A DNA stretch of 64,000 bases from an uncultured Actinomycetota bacterium (GTDB lineage: Bacteria; Actinomycetota; Actinomycetes; JAFAQI01), in the NCBI GenBank assembly GCA_963770565.1, contig CAVYQE010000010.1, positions 93,826 to 157,825 of the forward strand, in the 5' to 3' direction. Shown here in pieces: positions 42,125 to 53,974 of the stretch. The notes beneath the pieces were generated by a model, which made no database searches, was not told the origin of the DNA, and saw only the letters and a list, made by a program, of their open reading frames with translations. Numbering within the stretch: position 1 is the stretch's first letter; each line of letters opens with the position of its first letter. The translations under genes were made by a program, and so were the position numbers.

Positions 42125-44439
42125 CCGGCTCGGGGGGACGCGCCGCACGTCGGCGCCTGGTGGTGATGCTGTCCGCGATCGCCGCCGTGACCTGCGCCGT
42201 CATCGCTCCTGCGGCCGCGGCGACCCAGACGCCGCCGCACTCGCTGACGCTGACCGGCGGCAAGAGCCCGTTCTACGACCTCGACCTGCCGATCGTCGGC
42301 GGGGCGCACTACCTCGTGTTCAGCGACCAGCCCTACCCCTACGCGACCCAGACGCTGCGCTTGCGCACCAGCACCGGTACGACGTCGACCCTCGCCTTCG
42401 ACCCCTCATCCGAGGAGGAGCCGACCTCTCTCGCAGGGTCCTCGCTGACCGGCGCGGACGACTTCGAGAGCACGCCGGGGGTCGTACAGAACAACGTCGA
42501 GTGGTGGAACCTCGCGAACGGCACCAGCGGCATCCTCGACCTGCCGCGGCCCGACGCCTACCTCGGATCGGCACCGGACGGGATCCTCGCGATCGGGCCG
42601 AGCGGGGTGCTGCAGGACCATCCCGCCACTGGTCAGGCGGCGACCAAGCTGGGCACGCCGTTCCCGAGCGCCCCGACCGGCGCCGTGCCGGTCGCCCTCG
42701 CTGCCGACGGCGGAGTCGTCCTGTCCGAGTCGGGCGCGTTCGTCTACATGTCGTGGAAGCACCCGGGCACCTTCACCGGGCTCGACGTCAAGTCAGCCGG
42801 TGACACTGACGCCTTCTGCTCGTCACTCGCGGCCGGCAACGCCGGCTGCGGGGCGACCGACTCGACCGGGCATCCGCTCATCATTCGCGCGCCGGTCAGC
42901 GGCGGCGCGCCGGTCGTCACCCGGCTGGCAAAGTCGGCCTGTCCCGACGAGGTGATCGCCACCGCGTCGGTCACCGCGTGGGGCGACGGCTGCCTCGGCA
43001 CGATCGACAGCGTTCCGGGCACCACCGGGTCACCCGTCTCCAGCAGCAAAGCGTTCATCGAGGAAGGCGCGGGTCTTGCCGGCGCCTACGGCCAACTGAT
43101 CGCGGCTGTCTCGCCTGGAGGGCGGTTCGCCCTCGACCAGGTCGCGAGCGCGACCGCGACCCGGCATCGAATCGTCACGCCATGGCGGAGCGCGGTCGTT
43201 GCCGCAAACATCGCGCTGTCGCCCGGCCGGATCGCCTACGACGACGACCAGTCTGCTGCCGTGACAACCTGGACGCGCGTGCTCGGCGGAACGTCAGCCA
43301 CCGTCACGGCCGGCTCCGCGACCTCCCTCGGACACCCGGGTGCGGGCACCGACATCGATGTCGGCGGCGGTGCTCACCTGTCGATCTCGGGTGCCAACAC
43401 CGCATCCGCCGGCCTGTCGCATTCGCTGAGCATCCGCTCGCCGATCCGCACCACGACCCTGGCCACCAAGTCGGTGGCCGAGGACGTCGAGATGTCCGGC
43501 AACCGGGTCGTGTTCGACACCGGTGCCGGACCGAAGTCGATGCTCTATGACCTGCGTACCGGCGCTCTGACCACGATCAGCGGTGCGGTCAGCGCCAGCG
43601 TGTGGGGCAACTACCTCGCCATCGCAAAGGCTGACGGTTCGGTCTGGCGTCAGCAACTCGGCGGCCACCATGCGCCAGTTGAGCTGCGTGCACCGCTGCC
43701 GGCCAAGCAGCGGGTGTCATTCTTCGTGCAGGTCTACAGCTTCGGCGACTTCGTTGCCTGGCAGCTCGAGGCCGCGATCGCCACGCCGCCGTTCCAGGTC
43801 TCGCACGACGGCTATCGCAACGCCCGCACGATGGCAGCCGCGCAGTCGATCCCCGACACCTACTTCCCGCGGGCTGCCACGTCGGACGGCCTGCTCGAAC
43901 AGCACTACGCGGGCGACCAGGTGACGTACTACCTGCAGCGCTACGGCTCGACGAAGCGGGTCCAGGTGCTGTCGACTCCGCAGACCGGCTTGCTGGCCGG
44001 CAACCCGAACCAGGTCGCGGTCGACGGCGACCGGATCGCCTGGGTCGACGGCACGAATCACGCCCGGGTCGCCCCGCTGCCGATCGCGACGAGTCCGGAC
44101 CCGCCGCGCTTTCTCGGCGATGCACAGGCGCCCAGGACCGCCAAGGCATCGGGCTTGGCCAAGACGCCGTGGCAGGCGTTCATCCCGCTGTCCGCGGCCC
44201 TGACCACCTGCACGGTGACGATCTATGCCGGCTCGACTGCCGTGCGAACGCTGACCTGCGCCAAGTCGGACGCCCTGCTCGGCGATGCAGCGGTCCGCTG
44301 GGACGGCAAGGACTCGGGCGGCCACGCGCTCGGCGCCGGCAGCTACCGATGGCAGTTGAGTGCGGCCAACAGCGACGGCACCGCGCTAGCCGCCGATGGC
44401 AGTGCCGCGGCGATCCGAGGCCGGATCGTGCTGCACTGA
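42121..44439 (+). CDS. large secreted protein: signal peptide, repeat-rich (beta-propeller-like) body, C-terminal FlgD-Ig-like domain
   Basis: GTG 42121 overlaps the steA stop (GTGA). The N-terminus is RRLVVMLSAIAAVTCAVIAPAAAA. Recurrent G-x-[RF]-[IV]-A-[WY] units are present (GRIAYDD, GNRVVFD, GNYLAIA, GDFVAWQ, GDRIAWVDG). The C-terminus (VRWDGKDSGGHALGAGSYRWQL) is typical of FlgD-Ig domains. Confidence 0.6.
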   Translation: MTGSGGRAARRRLVVMLSAIAAVTCAVIAPAAAATQTPPHSLTLTGGKSPFYDLDLPIVGGAHYLVFSDQPYPYATQTLRLRTSTGTTSTLAFDPSSEEEPTSLAGSSLTGADDFESTPGVVQNNVEWWNLANGTSGILDLPRPDAYLGSAPDGILAIGPSGVLQDHPATGQAATKLGTPFPSAPTGAVPVALAADGGVVLSESGAFVYMSWKHPGTFTGLDVKSAGDTDAFCSSLAAGNAGCGATDSTGHPLIIRAPVSGGAPVVTRLAKSACPDEVIATASVTAWGDGCLGTIDSVPGTTGSPVSSSKAFIEEGAGLAGAYGQLIAAVSPGGRFALDQVASATATRHRIVTPWRSAVVAANIALSPGRIAYDDDQSAAVTTWTRVLGGTSATVTAGSATSLGHPGAGTDIDVGGGAHLSISGANTASAGLSHSLSIRSPIRTTTLATKSVAEDVEMSGNRVVFDTGAGPKSMLYDLRTGALTTISGAVSASVWGNYLAIAKADGSVWRQQLGGHHAPVELRAPLPAKQRVSFFVQVYSFGDFVAWQLEAAIATPPFQVSHDGYRNARTMAAAQSIPDTYFPRAATSDGLLEQHYAGDQVTYYLQRYGSTKRVQVLSTPQTGLLAGNPNQVAVDGDRIAWVDGTNHARVAPLPIATSPDPPRFLGDAQAPRTAKASGLAKTPWQAFIPLSAALTTCTVTIYAGSTAVRTLTCAKSDALLGDAAVRWDGKDSGGHALGAGSYRWQLSAANSDGTALAADGSAAAIRGRIVLH

Positions 44440-44566
44440 GCGCTGGTTTCGCTCCGACCCGCAACCGGCCCGCAGATAGGATCCTCGGCGTGGCTGACGG
44501 TGAAGAGATCGACGCCGACCGCATCGGTTCATCCGCGTCATCTCCTCCCTGGACAGGACCTGCTCG

Positions 44567-45532
44567 TTGATCGACTTCCGCTACCACATCGTCTCGATCG
44601 TCGCGGTGTTCCTCGCCCTCGCGCTCGGGTTGTTCCTCGGTAGCACGACGCTGCAGGGCACCGTCACCCGCAACCTCGACCGCCAGGCAAACCGGGTCAC
44701 GGGCGAATACAACGGCGAGGTGGCGATCAACGGCCAGCTGACCAAGCAGCTCAAGGCCGAGCAGTCGCTCACCAACGACGTCGAACCGTACGCCGTCGCC
44801 GATCGGCTCACCGGCGAGGCGGTCGCGGTGGTCAGCGCCCCAGGGGTCGACGGCAACCTGCAGAAGTCGGTAGTCAACACCCTGCAGCTCGCTGGCGCGA
44901 CCGTGAGCGCCGACATCTTGCTACAACCGTCGTACATCGACCCGACGCAGGACGCCGAGCTGGGCCAGCTCGCGACCGAGCTCGTGCTGCCGAACCACGC
45001 GCTGCCGAGCGGCAACGGTGCCACCGAGATGTCGTCGATCCTGGCCAACGTGTTGGCGACCCGTACCGGTCGACACTCGGCCGGCCGGACCAAGGTCGAC
45101 GCCGCGCTGAACGCGCTGTCGGTCGGGAAGTTCATCAGCGTCATCGGCGATCTGCCGACCCGACCGGCCGACATGGTGGTGCTGCTCCTCGCCGACCCGA
45201 CGTCGACGTCGTCGGCCACCCTGGTGCAGGCCCAGAACACCGAGCTCATGACCCTCGCCAAAGACTTGCGGGGCGCATCCAACGCGGCCGTGGTCGCCGG
45301 CCCGGACCCGGCCAAGGGCGAGAGCGGCAGTGCGTTGGCCGCCGCGCGCGCCGACCCGGCGCTGACGAAGAACACCTCCACTGTCGACTTCGATGTGGTC
45401 AAGCCGACCGACCCAGCGGCCGGCCGGATCGCCATCGTCCTGGCACTGTCCAACGCGGAGTCGGGCACGGTCGGGAACTACGGCCTGGGCGAGTCGAGCC
45501 AGGTGTTGCCCACCGCGTCCGCCTCGCCGTGA
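44567..45532 (+). CDS. mctB: MctB/SteB-like copper-transporter family membrane-anchored protein
   Basis: The N-terminus MIDFRYHIVSIVAVFLALALGLFLGS is canonical for this family. The start is TTG 44567. Confidence 0.7.
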   Translation: MIDFRYHIVSIVAVFLALALGLFLGSTTLQGTVTRNLDRQANRVTGEYNGEVAINGQLTKQLKAEQSLTNDVEPYAVADRLTGEAVAVVSAPGVDGNLQKSVVNTLQLAGATVSADILLQPSYIDPTQDAELGQLATELVLPNHALPSGNGATEMSSILANVLATRTGRHSAGRTKVDAALNALSVGKFISVIGDLPTRPADMVVLLLADPTSTSSATLVQAQNTELMTLAKDLRGASNAAVVAGPDPAKGESGSALAAARADPALTKNTSTVDFDVVKPTDPAAGRIAIVLALSNAESGTVGNYGLGESSQVLPTASASP

Positions 45533-46362
45533 GGCGTCGTCGCGGCACGGCGCGCGCAGTCGTGGCCGGAGCCCTGACGGCGGCTACGGTCCACGTCGCC
45601 TGGGCGGAACTGCAGCGACGAGCCGACGACGAGTCGTCGGCCAGCGATCGATGGATCCGCACCAACTACCGGGACCGCCGGGTGAGCATGTTGCTGGGCC
45701 CGGCGGTCGGCGTCGGGGCCCTCGCCGGGCTGGCCGCCGCGGTGCCGTCCACCCGCCGGGCGGCGCTGCTGGCGGTGGCGGGCGCCGCGGTCATCGGCGG
45801 ATACGACGACCTGTACGGCGACCGGCACGCGCGGGGACTCGGCGGGCACGCCCGGGCCCTGCAACACGGCGAGATCACCACCGGCATGGTCAAGTTGGTG
45901 ACCCTGACCGGCACCGCCGCTATCGCGGCCAAGGTCCGCTACCGAAACCCGGTCGACATCGCGATCGGGACGGCCCTGGTCGCGGGCGGAGCCAACCTGG
46001 TCAACCTGTTCGACCTGCGACCTGGGCGGGCGGTCAAGGTCACCGCCGCGGCCGCCGCGTTGTTGAGCCGGGCCGGTAGCCGCGAGACCCGAGCGGTCGC
46101 CGCGGTCGCGGCCGGTGCCGCGCTGGCGGCCCTGCCGGACGACCTCGGCGAGCGAGCGATGCTGGGGGACTGCGGCGCCGGGACCCTCGGCGCACTGCTC
46201 GGGTGGGCGGCGGGGATGTCCGGCCCGCGCGCCCGGCGGGCGGCGCTGGCGGCCGGCGTCGTCGCACTAACGGTCGCGAGCGAGCGGGTCAGCTTCACCG
46301 ACGTCATCGAGCGGCATCGCACGCTCCGCACCCTTGACCTGGTCGGCCGGCAGCGGCCATGA
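45529..46362 (+). CDS. short MraY/WecA-like polyprenyl-phosphate sugar-phosphate transferase homologue (membrane protein)
   Basis: GTGA overlap with mctB. Carries family motifs GGYDDLYGD (DD), NLVNLFDLRPGR (NxxNxxD) and LGDCGAGTLG (GDxGS-like). It has several TM helices and is only 277 aa. Confidence 0.5.
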   Translation: MRRRRGTARAVVAGALTAATVHVAWAELQRRADDESSASDRWIRTNYRDRRVSMLLGPAVGVGALAGLAAAVPSTRRAALLAVAGAAVIGGYDDLYGDRHARGLGGHARALQHGEITTGMVKLVTLTGTAAIAAKVRYRNPVDIAIGTALVAGGANLVNLFDLRPGRAVKVTAAAAALLSRAGSRETRAVAAVAAGAALAALPDDLGERAMLGDCGAGTLGALLGWAAGMSGPRARRAALAAGVVALTVASERVSFTDVIERHRTLRTLDLVGRQRP

Positions 46363-47990
46363 GCACGCCGCCAGCCGCGGCTCGCCCGGCGCCGGCGCCG
46401 GACATCGCCCGGGCGGCCGTGATGATCGCGTGCGTCACGATCGGCGCCCGGCTGGCCGGCTTCGCCCGGGTGATCGTCTTCGCCCGGATCGTCGGACCGA
46501 GCTGTCTCGGCGACACGTACTTCACCGCCAACACGGTGCCCAACATCATCTTCGATATCGTCGCCGGCGGCGCGCTGTCGAGCCTCGTCGTACCGGTCCT
46601 CGCCGGGCCGGCCGCGGCGGGCGAGCGAAGCGTCGTTGATCGGACCACCTCGGCGCTGCTGACCTGGGCGGCCACGATCCTGGTGCCGATCATGGTGCTC
46701 GGCATCCTGATCACCCGCCCGCTGATCCGGGTTCTCGTCGGCAGCGGTCATCCGGGCTGCTCGGCCGCCGCCGAGGTGGCGGTGGGAGCTCGGATGCTCG
46801 AGGTCTTCATGCCGCAGGTCGTGTTGTACGGCGTCGCGGTCGTGCTGATCGGCGTCCTGCAGGCACACCGGCGCTTCGCCGGCCCGGCCCTCGGGCCACT
46901 CATCTCCAGCCTGGTCGTGATCGCGGCGTATGCGGGGTTCGGCATCGTGGCCGCGCACGAGGAGACCCGCTTGGTGACCCTGACCCACGGTCACGAGCTG
47001 ATCCTGTCGGTCGGCACGACGCTGGGCGTCGTCGCGCTGGTCCTGACCCTGCTGATCCCGGCCTGGCGAACCGGACTGCGGTTGCACCCGACATATCGAT
47101 TCCCGCCCGGCGTGGCCGGCACGATCCGGGCGATGGCGATCTCAGGCGCGGTCGTGGTGGGGAGCTCCGACCTCGCAACCGCGGTCGTCCTGCGCCTGAC
47201 CAACTCCCGTGGCACCGACGGCAGCGTCGTGCTCTACAACCTGGCGTGGACCGTGTTCACCGTGCCCTGGGCGGTCGCGGCGGTGCCGCTCGCAACGAGC
47301 GCGTTCCCGGGGCTTACGGCCAACTGGCAGCGCGGCGACCGGGAGGCGTACTCGACGACGACGGCACGCGCCGCGCGGGCCATCCTGGTCGTCGTGGCGG
47401 CAACTGCGGCGGTGATGGCGGCCGCCGCCGGGCCGGTCGCTCGTGTGGTCGTGCTCGACGCGCCCGGCCACGTCGCGCCCACGGTGCTCGCCCGCGGTCT
47501 CGCCACCCTCGCGCCCGGGTTGCTCGGCTACGCGTTGGTGGCGCTGCTCTCCCGCGCGCTCTACGCCCAGGGCAACGCGCGCACCCCGGCGCTCGCCGTA
47601 CTGGTCGGTTGGATCGTCGCGATCGCCTTCGACATCGTGCTCGCCGTGACCATGCCGGCGAGCTGGACCGTTGCGGCGGTCGGGATCGGCACCTCGATCG
47701 GAGTCACGGTCAGCGGGGTCTGGCTGTTGGTCGCGCTCGAGCGGTCGGCCGGCGCCGCCGCATTGAGCGGGCTGGCCAGGGCCGGTACGGCGGCGATCAC
47801 CGGCGGCCTGCTCGGTGCGGGCGGCGGGCTCCTGCTGGCCCGTTCCTTTCCGGCGAAGGGGGTGGCGGCCGACCTGGCTGTCATCGTCGGCGTCGCCGCC
47901 GTCGCCCTCGTCGTACACACCATCGTGGTTGCGACGATCGATCGTCGTACCGTTCGGATGATCGTCGACCGGGGGCTGCGCCGTGCCTGA
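46359..47990 (+). CDS. murJ: MurJ/MviN-family lipid-linked glycan flippase
   Basis: ATGA overlap with the preceding gene. The N-terminal pattern is ARLAGFARVIVFARIVG ... LGDTYFTANTVPNIIFDIVAGGALSS, with about 14 TM segments. Confidence 0.8.
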   Translation: MSTPPAAARPAPAPDIARAAVMIACVTIGARLAGFARVIVFARIVGPSCLGDTYFTANTVPNIIFDIVAGGALSSLVVPVLAGPAAAGERSVVDRTTSALLTWAATILVPIMVLGILITRPLIRVLVGSGHPGCSAAAEVAVGARMLEVFMPQVVLYGVAVVLIGVLQAHRRFAGPALGPLISSLVVIAAYAGFGIVAAHEETRLVTLTHGHELILSVGTTLGVVALVLTLLIPAWRTGLRLHPTYRFPPGVAGTIRAMAISGAVVVGSSDLATAVVLRLTNSRGTDGSVVLYNLAWTVFTVPWAVAAVPLATSAFPGLTANWQRGDREAYSTTTARAARAILVVVAATAAVMAAAAGPVARVVVLDAPGHVAPTVLARGLATLAPGLLGYALVALLSRALYAQGNARTPALAVLVGWIVAIAFDIVLAVTMPASWTVAAVGIGTSIGVTVSGVWLLVALERSAGAAALSGLARAGTAAITGGLLGAGGGLLLARSFPAKGVAADLAVIVGVAAVALVVHTIVVATIDRRTVRMIVDRGLRRA

Positions 47991-49119
47991 CGAACCGGGC
48001 GAGCCCACCGTCGAGGTCGGCAACCTCCTGCTGGTGCTGGCTCAAAGCGACGGCGGGATCGGCCGCCACGTCCGCGCGCTCGCCAGTGGGCTTCCGGCCC
48101 GCGGGGTCCGGGTGACCGTCTGCGCCCCGCCCGCGACGATTGCCACGCTTGCTCTCGACCAGCTCGACGTGCCGGTCGTCGCAGCTCCGATCGGTCATCC
48201 AGGCCCGGTCGCCCTCCGGGCGGCCCGCCGGGTGCTACGGCGTCTCGCCGAGGACACCGACATCGTCCACGCGCACGGGTTGCGCGCCGGTGCGGCCTGC
48301 GTCGCCTTCACCCGGAACACGCCACTGGTCGTGACGTGGCACAACGCACCGCTCGGTGGCCGGCCCTGGCGGGCCGCTCACTCGGGACTCGCCCGCTACG
48401 TGGCCGGCTCGACCGACCTCACCCTGGCCGCCTCCGACGATCTCGCCGACGCCGCTCGTGCGGCCGGGGCCTTGCAGGTCCGATCCGCGTTTGTCGCCGC
48501 CCCGCTGCTGCCCGCCCCGCGCCGTGGGCGGATCGAGCTCCGGGCTGAGCTCGGCCTGGCCGACCGGCCGATCGTCGTCGGCATCGGACGGCTGCACCGG
48601 CAGAAGCGCTGGGACGTCCTCGTCGACGCCGCAGCCGGATGGAGCGGCGCGGACTGGGTCGGTTCGGGTCATCCGCCGTACGTCGTCATCGCCGGCGAGG
48701 GCCCGGAGCGGGGCGCGTTGAGCGCGCAGATCGCCACCCGGCAGGCACCAGTGCGCCTGCTCGGCTATCGCAGCGATGTGTCCGAGCTGCTCGCCGCGGC
48801 CGACGTGGCCGCGCTGCCCAGCGAATGGGAGGCGCGCGCACTGGTCGCCCAGGAAGCCCTCCGGGCCGGCGTACCGCTGGTGACCACCCGGGCCGGCGGG
48901 CTGGCGACATTAGTCAAGGGCGCTGCCGTGATCGTGCCGGTCGGCGACGCCGAAGCGCTCCGGGAGGCGATCGAGACGGTGTTGACCGATGACCAGCGCC
49001 GCAACGCACTTGTCGCGGCGGGGCTGGCGCGGTCCCGGGGCTGGCCGGACGAGGACGCGGCCCTCGACGAGCTGGTGGGCAACTACCGCGACCTGCTACG
49101 GCGGATCAGCCTCCAATGA
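47983..49119 (+). CDS. glycosyltransferase family 4 (GT-B, group 1)
   Basis: 8-nt overlap with murJ. Has a GT1 C-terminal pattern (LPSEWEARALVAQEALRAGVPLVTT). Confidence 0.75.
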   Translation: MPDEPGEPTVEVGNLLLVLAQSDGGIGRHVRALASGLPARGVRVTVCAPPATIATLALDQLDVPVVAAPIGHPGPVALRAARRVLRRLAEDTDIVHAHGLRAGAACVAFTRNTPLVVTWHNAPLGGRPWRAAHSGLARYVAGSTDLTLAASDDLADAARAAGALQVRSAFVAAPLLPAPRRGRIELRAELGLADRPIVVGIGRLHRQKRWDVLVDAAAGWSGADWVGSGHPPYVVIAGEGPERGALSAQIATRQAPVRLLGYRSDVSELLAAADVAALPSEWEARALVAQEALRAGVPLVTTRAGGLATLVKGAAVIVPVGDAEALREAIETVLTDDQRRNALVAAGLARSRGWPDEDAALDELVGNYRDLLRRISLQ

Positions 49120-49258
49120 CCGGCGATCGGAGGATCGCACCGGTGTGGCGGACCCGCCGACCGGCCAGCGGTGTTACCGTGGACTCCCGTGGGTTGCCGC
49201 GACGATGAAACACCAACCATCCGTCATGACCGGTCGATGTCGGCCGTCGATTTCATGA

Positions 49259-51016
<1,758 letters not shown>

Positions 51017-51052
51017 GCGCCGTCACGTCCATGACATCGGCTGGGTAGCGAT

Positions 51053-51715
51053 ATGAGCAGAATCCGTGACGAAGCCTCCTCGGCGTACCCGGTCCGCCAC
51101 TCGAGCGTCGAGTTCCGGTCCGGGCGGGTGATCGACGTCCGCACTGACGAGGTCGCGATGCCCGGCGGCACCACCGCGCTTCGCGACGTGGTCGTCCACC
51201 CCGGGGCGGTCGGGGTGATCGCCCTCGACGACGCGGGCCGGGTATTGCTGCTCCAGCAGTATCGGCATCCGGTCCGGCAGCTGCTCTGGGAGCCGCCGGC
51301 CGGGCTGCTGGACGAGCCGGGGGAGGACCCGCTGGCCGCAGCCAAGCGCGAGCTATACGAAGAGGCGCACCTCGAGGCCGATCGATGGGAAGTCCTGATC
51401 GACGCATTCACCTCGCCGGGGATCTCGGACGAGGCGGTCCGGATCTACCTCGCCCGCGACGTCCGGCCGGCGAGCGGCCCGCGATTCGTCGGCCGGCACG
51501 AAGAGGCCGACATGCCGGTTGAGTGGGTTCCGCTGGACGCCGCGGTGCAGGCCGCCCAGAGCGGCCGGCTGCACAACCCGCTCGCGGTGATGGGGATCCT
51601 GGCCGCCTCGCTGGCGGCGCGTGAGGCATTTGCGGACCTTCGCCCCGCCGATTCCGATTGGCCCGAGGCCTCGACCTTCACGGGTTCGGCCGGTCAGCCA
51701 CCGGCCCCGCACTAA
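51053..51715 (+). CDS. NUDIX hydrolase (ADP-ribose pyrophosphatase-like)
   Basis: Nudix box GLLDEPGEDPLAAAKRELYEEAHL. Confidence 0.8.
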   Translation: MSRIRDEASSAYPVRHSSVEFRSGRVIDVRTDEVAMPGGTTALRDVVVHPGAVGVIALDDAGRVLLLQQYRHPVRQLLWEPPAGLLDEPGEDPLAAAKRELYEEAHLEADRWEVLIDAFTSPGISDEAVRIYLARDVRPASGPRFVGRHEEADMPVEWVPLDAAVQAAQSGRLHNPLAVMGILAASLAAREAFADLRPADSDWPEASTFTGSAGQPPAPH

Positions 51716-51737
51716 GATTCCCGACCGGAACGAGTTT

Positions 51738-51759
51738 CCGCCGGCAACGACGCCGGCGG
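51738..51759 (+). terminator. possible hairpin terminator after the NUDIX gene
   Basis: CCGCCGGC / GCCGGCGG 8-bp stem with a 6-nt loop and no T-tract. Confidence 0.25.
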
Positions 51760-51769
51760 TCATCGAAAG

Positions 51770-52894
51770 GTGCAGGCCGTGTTGGTGGGGATTCCCAGTG
51801 AGGTCAAGGACAACGAGTTTCGGGTGGCCATCACGCCGTCCGGCGTACACGAGCTCGTGACGCACGGTCATGACGTCGTCATCGAACGCGGGGCCGGGGT
51901 CGGGTCGTCCATCCCGGACGACGACTTCGTTGCGGCCGGCGCAAAGATGCTGCCCACGGCCGACGACGTCTGGGGCGAAGCGGACCTGATCTGCAAGGTG
52001 AAGGAGCCGGTCGGCGAGGAGTACAACCGGATGCGGGCCGACCAGGTGCTGTTCACCTACCTTCATCTCGCCGCCAGTGAGCCCTGCACGACCGCACTGA
52101 TCAAGTCGGGCACGACCGCGATCGCCTACGAGACCGTCCAGCTGGCCGACGGATCACTGCCGTTGCTAGCGCCGATGAGCGAAGTGGCCGGCCGGATGGC
52201 GCCGCAGGTCGGTGCGCACCACCTCCAGCGCGACGGGGGCGGTCGGGGCGTCCTGATGGGGGGAGTGTCCGGCACGTACGCCGCCAAGGTCGTCGTCCTC
52301 GGCGCCGGAGTGTCCGGTATGAACGCCGCGGCGATCGCCCTCGGCATGCAAGCCGAGGTCCTCGTGCTCGATCGCAACATCGAGAAGCTCCGGCAGGCCG
52401 ACCGGATCTATCAAGGCCACCTGCAGACCGTTGCGTCCAACGCCTACGAGGTCGAGCGGGCCTGCATCGACGCCGACCTGGTGATCGGCGCCGTACTGGT
52501 CGCCGGCGCCAAGGCCCCGACCCTGGTCAGCGACGAGCTCGTGGCGCGGATGAAGCCGGGCGCGGTGCTCGTCGACATCGCCGTCGACCAGGGTGGTTGC
52601 TTCGAGTCGACCCGGCCGACGACCCACTCGAACCCGACCTTCAAGGTCCACGACGCGGTCTTCTACTGCGTGGCGAACATGCCCGGTGCGGTGCCGCACA
52701 CCTCGACCTACGCCTTGACGAACGTGACCTTGCCCTACGTCGAGCGGATCGCCGGGCTGGGCTGGCAGGAGGCGGTCCGGCGCGACCCGGCGCTGGCGGC
52801 CGGGGTCAACGTGGTCAACGGCGACGTGGTCTGCGAGCCGGTGGCCGAGGCGCATGGCCTGGTCTATCGGCCGCTGGCCGAGGTGCTCGCCTGA
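51770..52894 (+). CDS. ald: alanine dehydrogenase
   Basis: Contains [20 protein letters not shown] and the NAD motif [14 protein letters not shown]. The start is ambiguous among GTG 51770, GTG 51779 and TTG 51782. Confidence 0.88.
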   Translation: MQAVLVGIPSEVKDNEFRVAITPSGVHELVTHGHDVVIERGAGVGSSIPDDDFVAAGAKMLPTADDVWGEADLICKVKEPVGEEYNRMRADQVLFTYLHLAASEPCTTALIKSGTTAIAYETVQLADGSLPLLAPMSEVAGRMAPQVGAHHLQRDGGGRGVLMGGVSGTYAAKVVVLGAGVSGMNAAAIALGMQAEVLVLDRNIEKLRQADRIYQGHLQTVASNAYEVERACIDADLVIGAVLVAGAKAPTLVSDELVARMKPGAVLVDIAVDQGGCFESTRPTTHSNPTFKVHDAVFYCVANMPGAVPHTSTYALTNVTLPYVERIAGLGWQEAVRRDPALAAGVNVVNGDVVCEPVAEAHGLVYRPLAEVLA

Positions 52895-52926
52895 CCAGCG
52901 CTCGGGACGCCGCCGCGGTCGATCGG

Positions 52927-53847
52927 GTGATCCGTGGCTACCTGGACCATCTCGCGGTCGAGCGGGGGTTGAGTCAAAACACACTGAATTCGTATCGTCG
53001 CGATCTTCGGAGGTATACCGACTACCTCGCATCGAGCGGGGTCGAGCGGATCGACGAGGTGTCCGAGTCGGAGGTGAACGGCTTTGTCGCCTCGCTCCGG
53101 AGCGGGTCTCCCGATCACCCGCCGCTACGGGCCTCCTCGGCCGCCCGAGCGGTCGTTGCGGTTCGCGGTCTGCATCGGTTCGCCTTGCGCGAGGGGCTGT
53201 GCCCGACCGACCCGGCGGCGGCGGTGCGGCCGCCGACCCCGCCCCGCCGGCTGCCGCGGGCCCTTCCGCTCGACGACGTGCTGGCCATGATCGAGGCAGC
53301 GGGCTTCGACGGAACCCCGAAGGCGCTGCGGGACCAGGCGCTGCTCGAGTTCCTGTACGGCACCGGCGCGCGGGTCGGCGAGGCGGTCGCGCTCGACGTC
53401 GACGATCTCGACCTCGATCGGGGGACGGTTCTGCTGCACGGAAAGGGCGGCAAGGACCGGGTCGTGCCGGTCGGTGGCTTTGCCCGCACGGCGGTCTCGG
53501 CCTACCTGGTCCGCGGCCGCCCCGCGTTCGCGACCGCAGGCCCGGCCGGGCGTGGAGCGAGTCCCGGGTTGTTCCTCAATTCCCGCGGCGGCCGGCTCTC
53601 GCGGCAGAGCGCCTGGACGATCCTGCGCACGAGCGCCGAGCGGGCGGGCCTGCGGGTGCAGGTCGGGCCGCACACCCTGCGGCACTCCTTCGCGACCCAT
53701 CTGCTCGACGGCGGAGCCGACGTACGGGTCGTTCAGGAGCTGCTCGGGCACGCGTCGGTGACCACTACGCAGGTCTACACGCTGGTCACGGTCGACCGGT
53801 TGCGCGAGGTCTACACGACCTCGCATCCGCGGGCGCGATCGAGCTGA
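52927..53847 (+). CDS. xerD: site-specific tyrosine recombinase XerD
   Basis: The N-terminus reads [27 protein letters not shown]. The catalytic region has [19 protein letters not shown] and the [13 protein letters not shown] motifs. GTG 52927 is the first canonical start after the ald stop. Confidence 0.85.
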   Translation: MIRGYLDHLAVERGLSQNTLNSYRRDLRRYTDYLASSGVERIDEVSESEVNGFVASLRSGSPDHPPLRASSAARAVVAVRGLHRFALREGLCPTDPAAAVRPPTPPRRLPRALPLDDVLAMIEAAGFDGTPKALRDQALLEFLYGTGARVGEAVALDVDDLDLDRGTVLLHGKGGKDRVVPVGGFARTAVSAYLVRGRPAFATAGPAGRGASPGLFLNSRGGRLSRQSAWTILRTSAERAGLRVQVGPHTLRHSFATHLLDGGADVRVVQELLGHASVTTTQVYTLVTVDRLREVYTTSHPRARSS

Positions 53848-53974
53848 TTCACGCTCGATTTCCCGCTGCCGGTTGCCAAACCGGGCCGGTCGGCACTACG
53901 TTTCCGACTCGCCGCAACAACTAGCTTCAGCGAGAAGTCGCGGAATCATTGTGGCGCTTTCTCGAGAGGACGAT

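Noticed and set aside
52927-53847. A tyrosine recombinase as a possible marker of a prophage or integrative element.
   Set aside because: The sequence and its context (ald-xerD-parA-scpAB) are those of chromosomal XerD. No att-like repeats, phage genes or compositional break flank it.
53848-53974. A search for parS (TGTTTCACGTGAAACA-like) or dif-like sites near xerD/parA.
   Set aside because: No match with more than about half of the consensus positions was seen.
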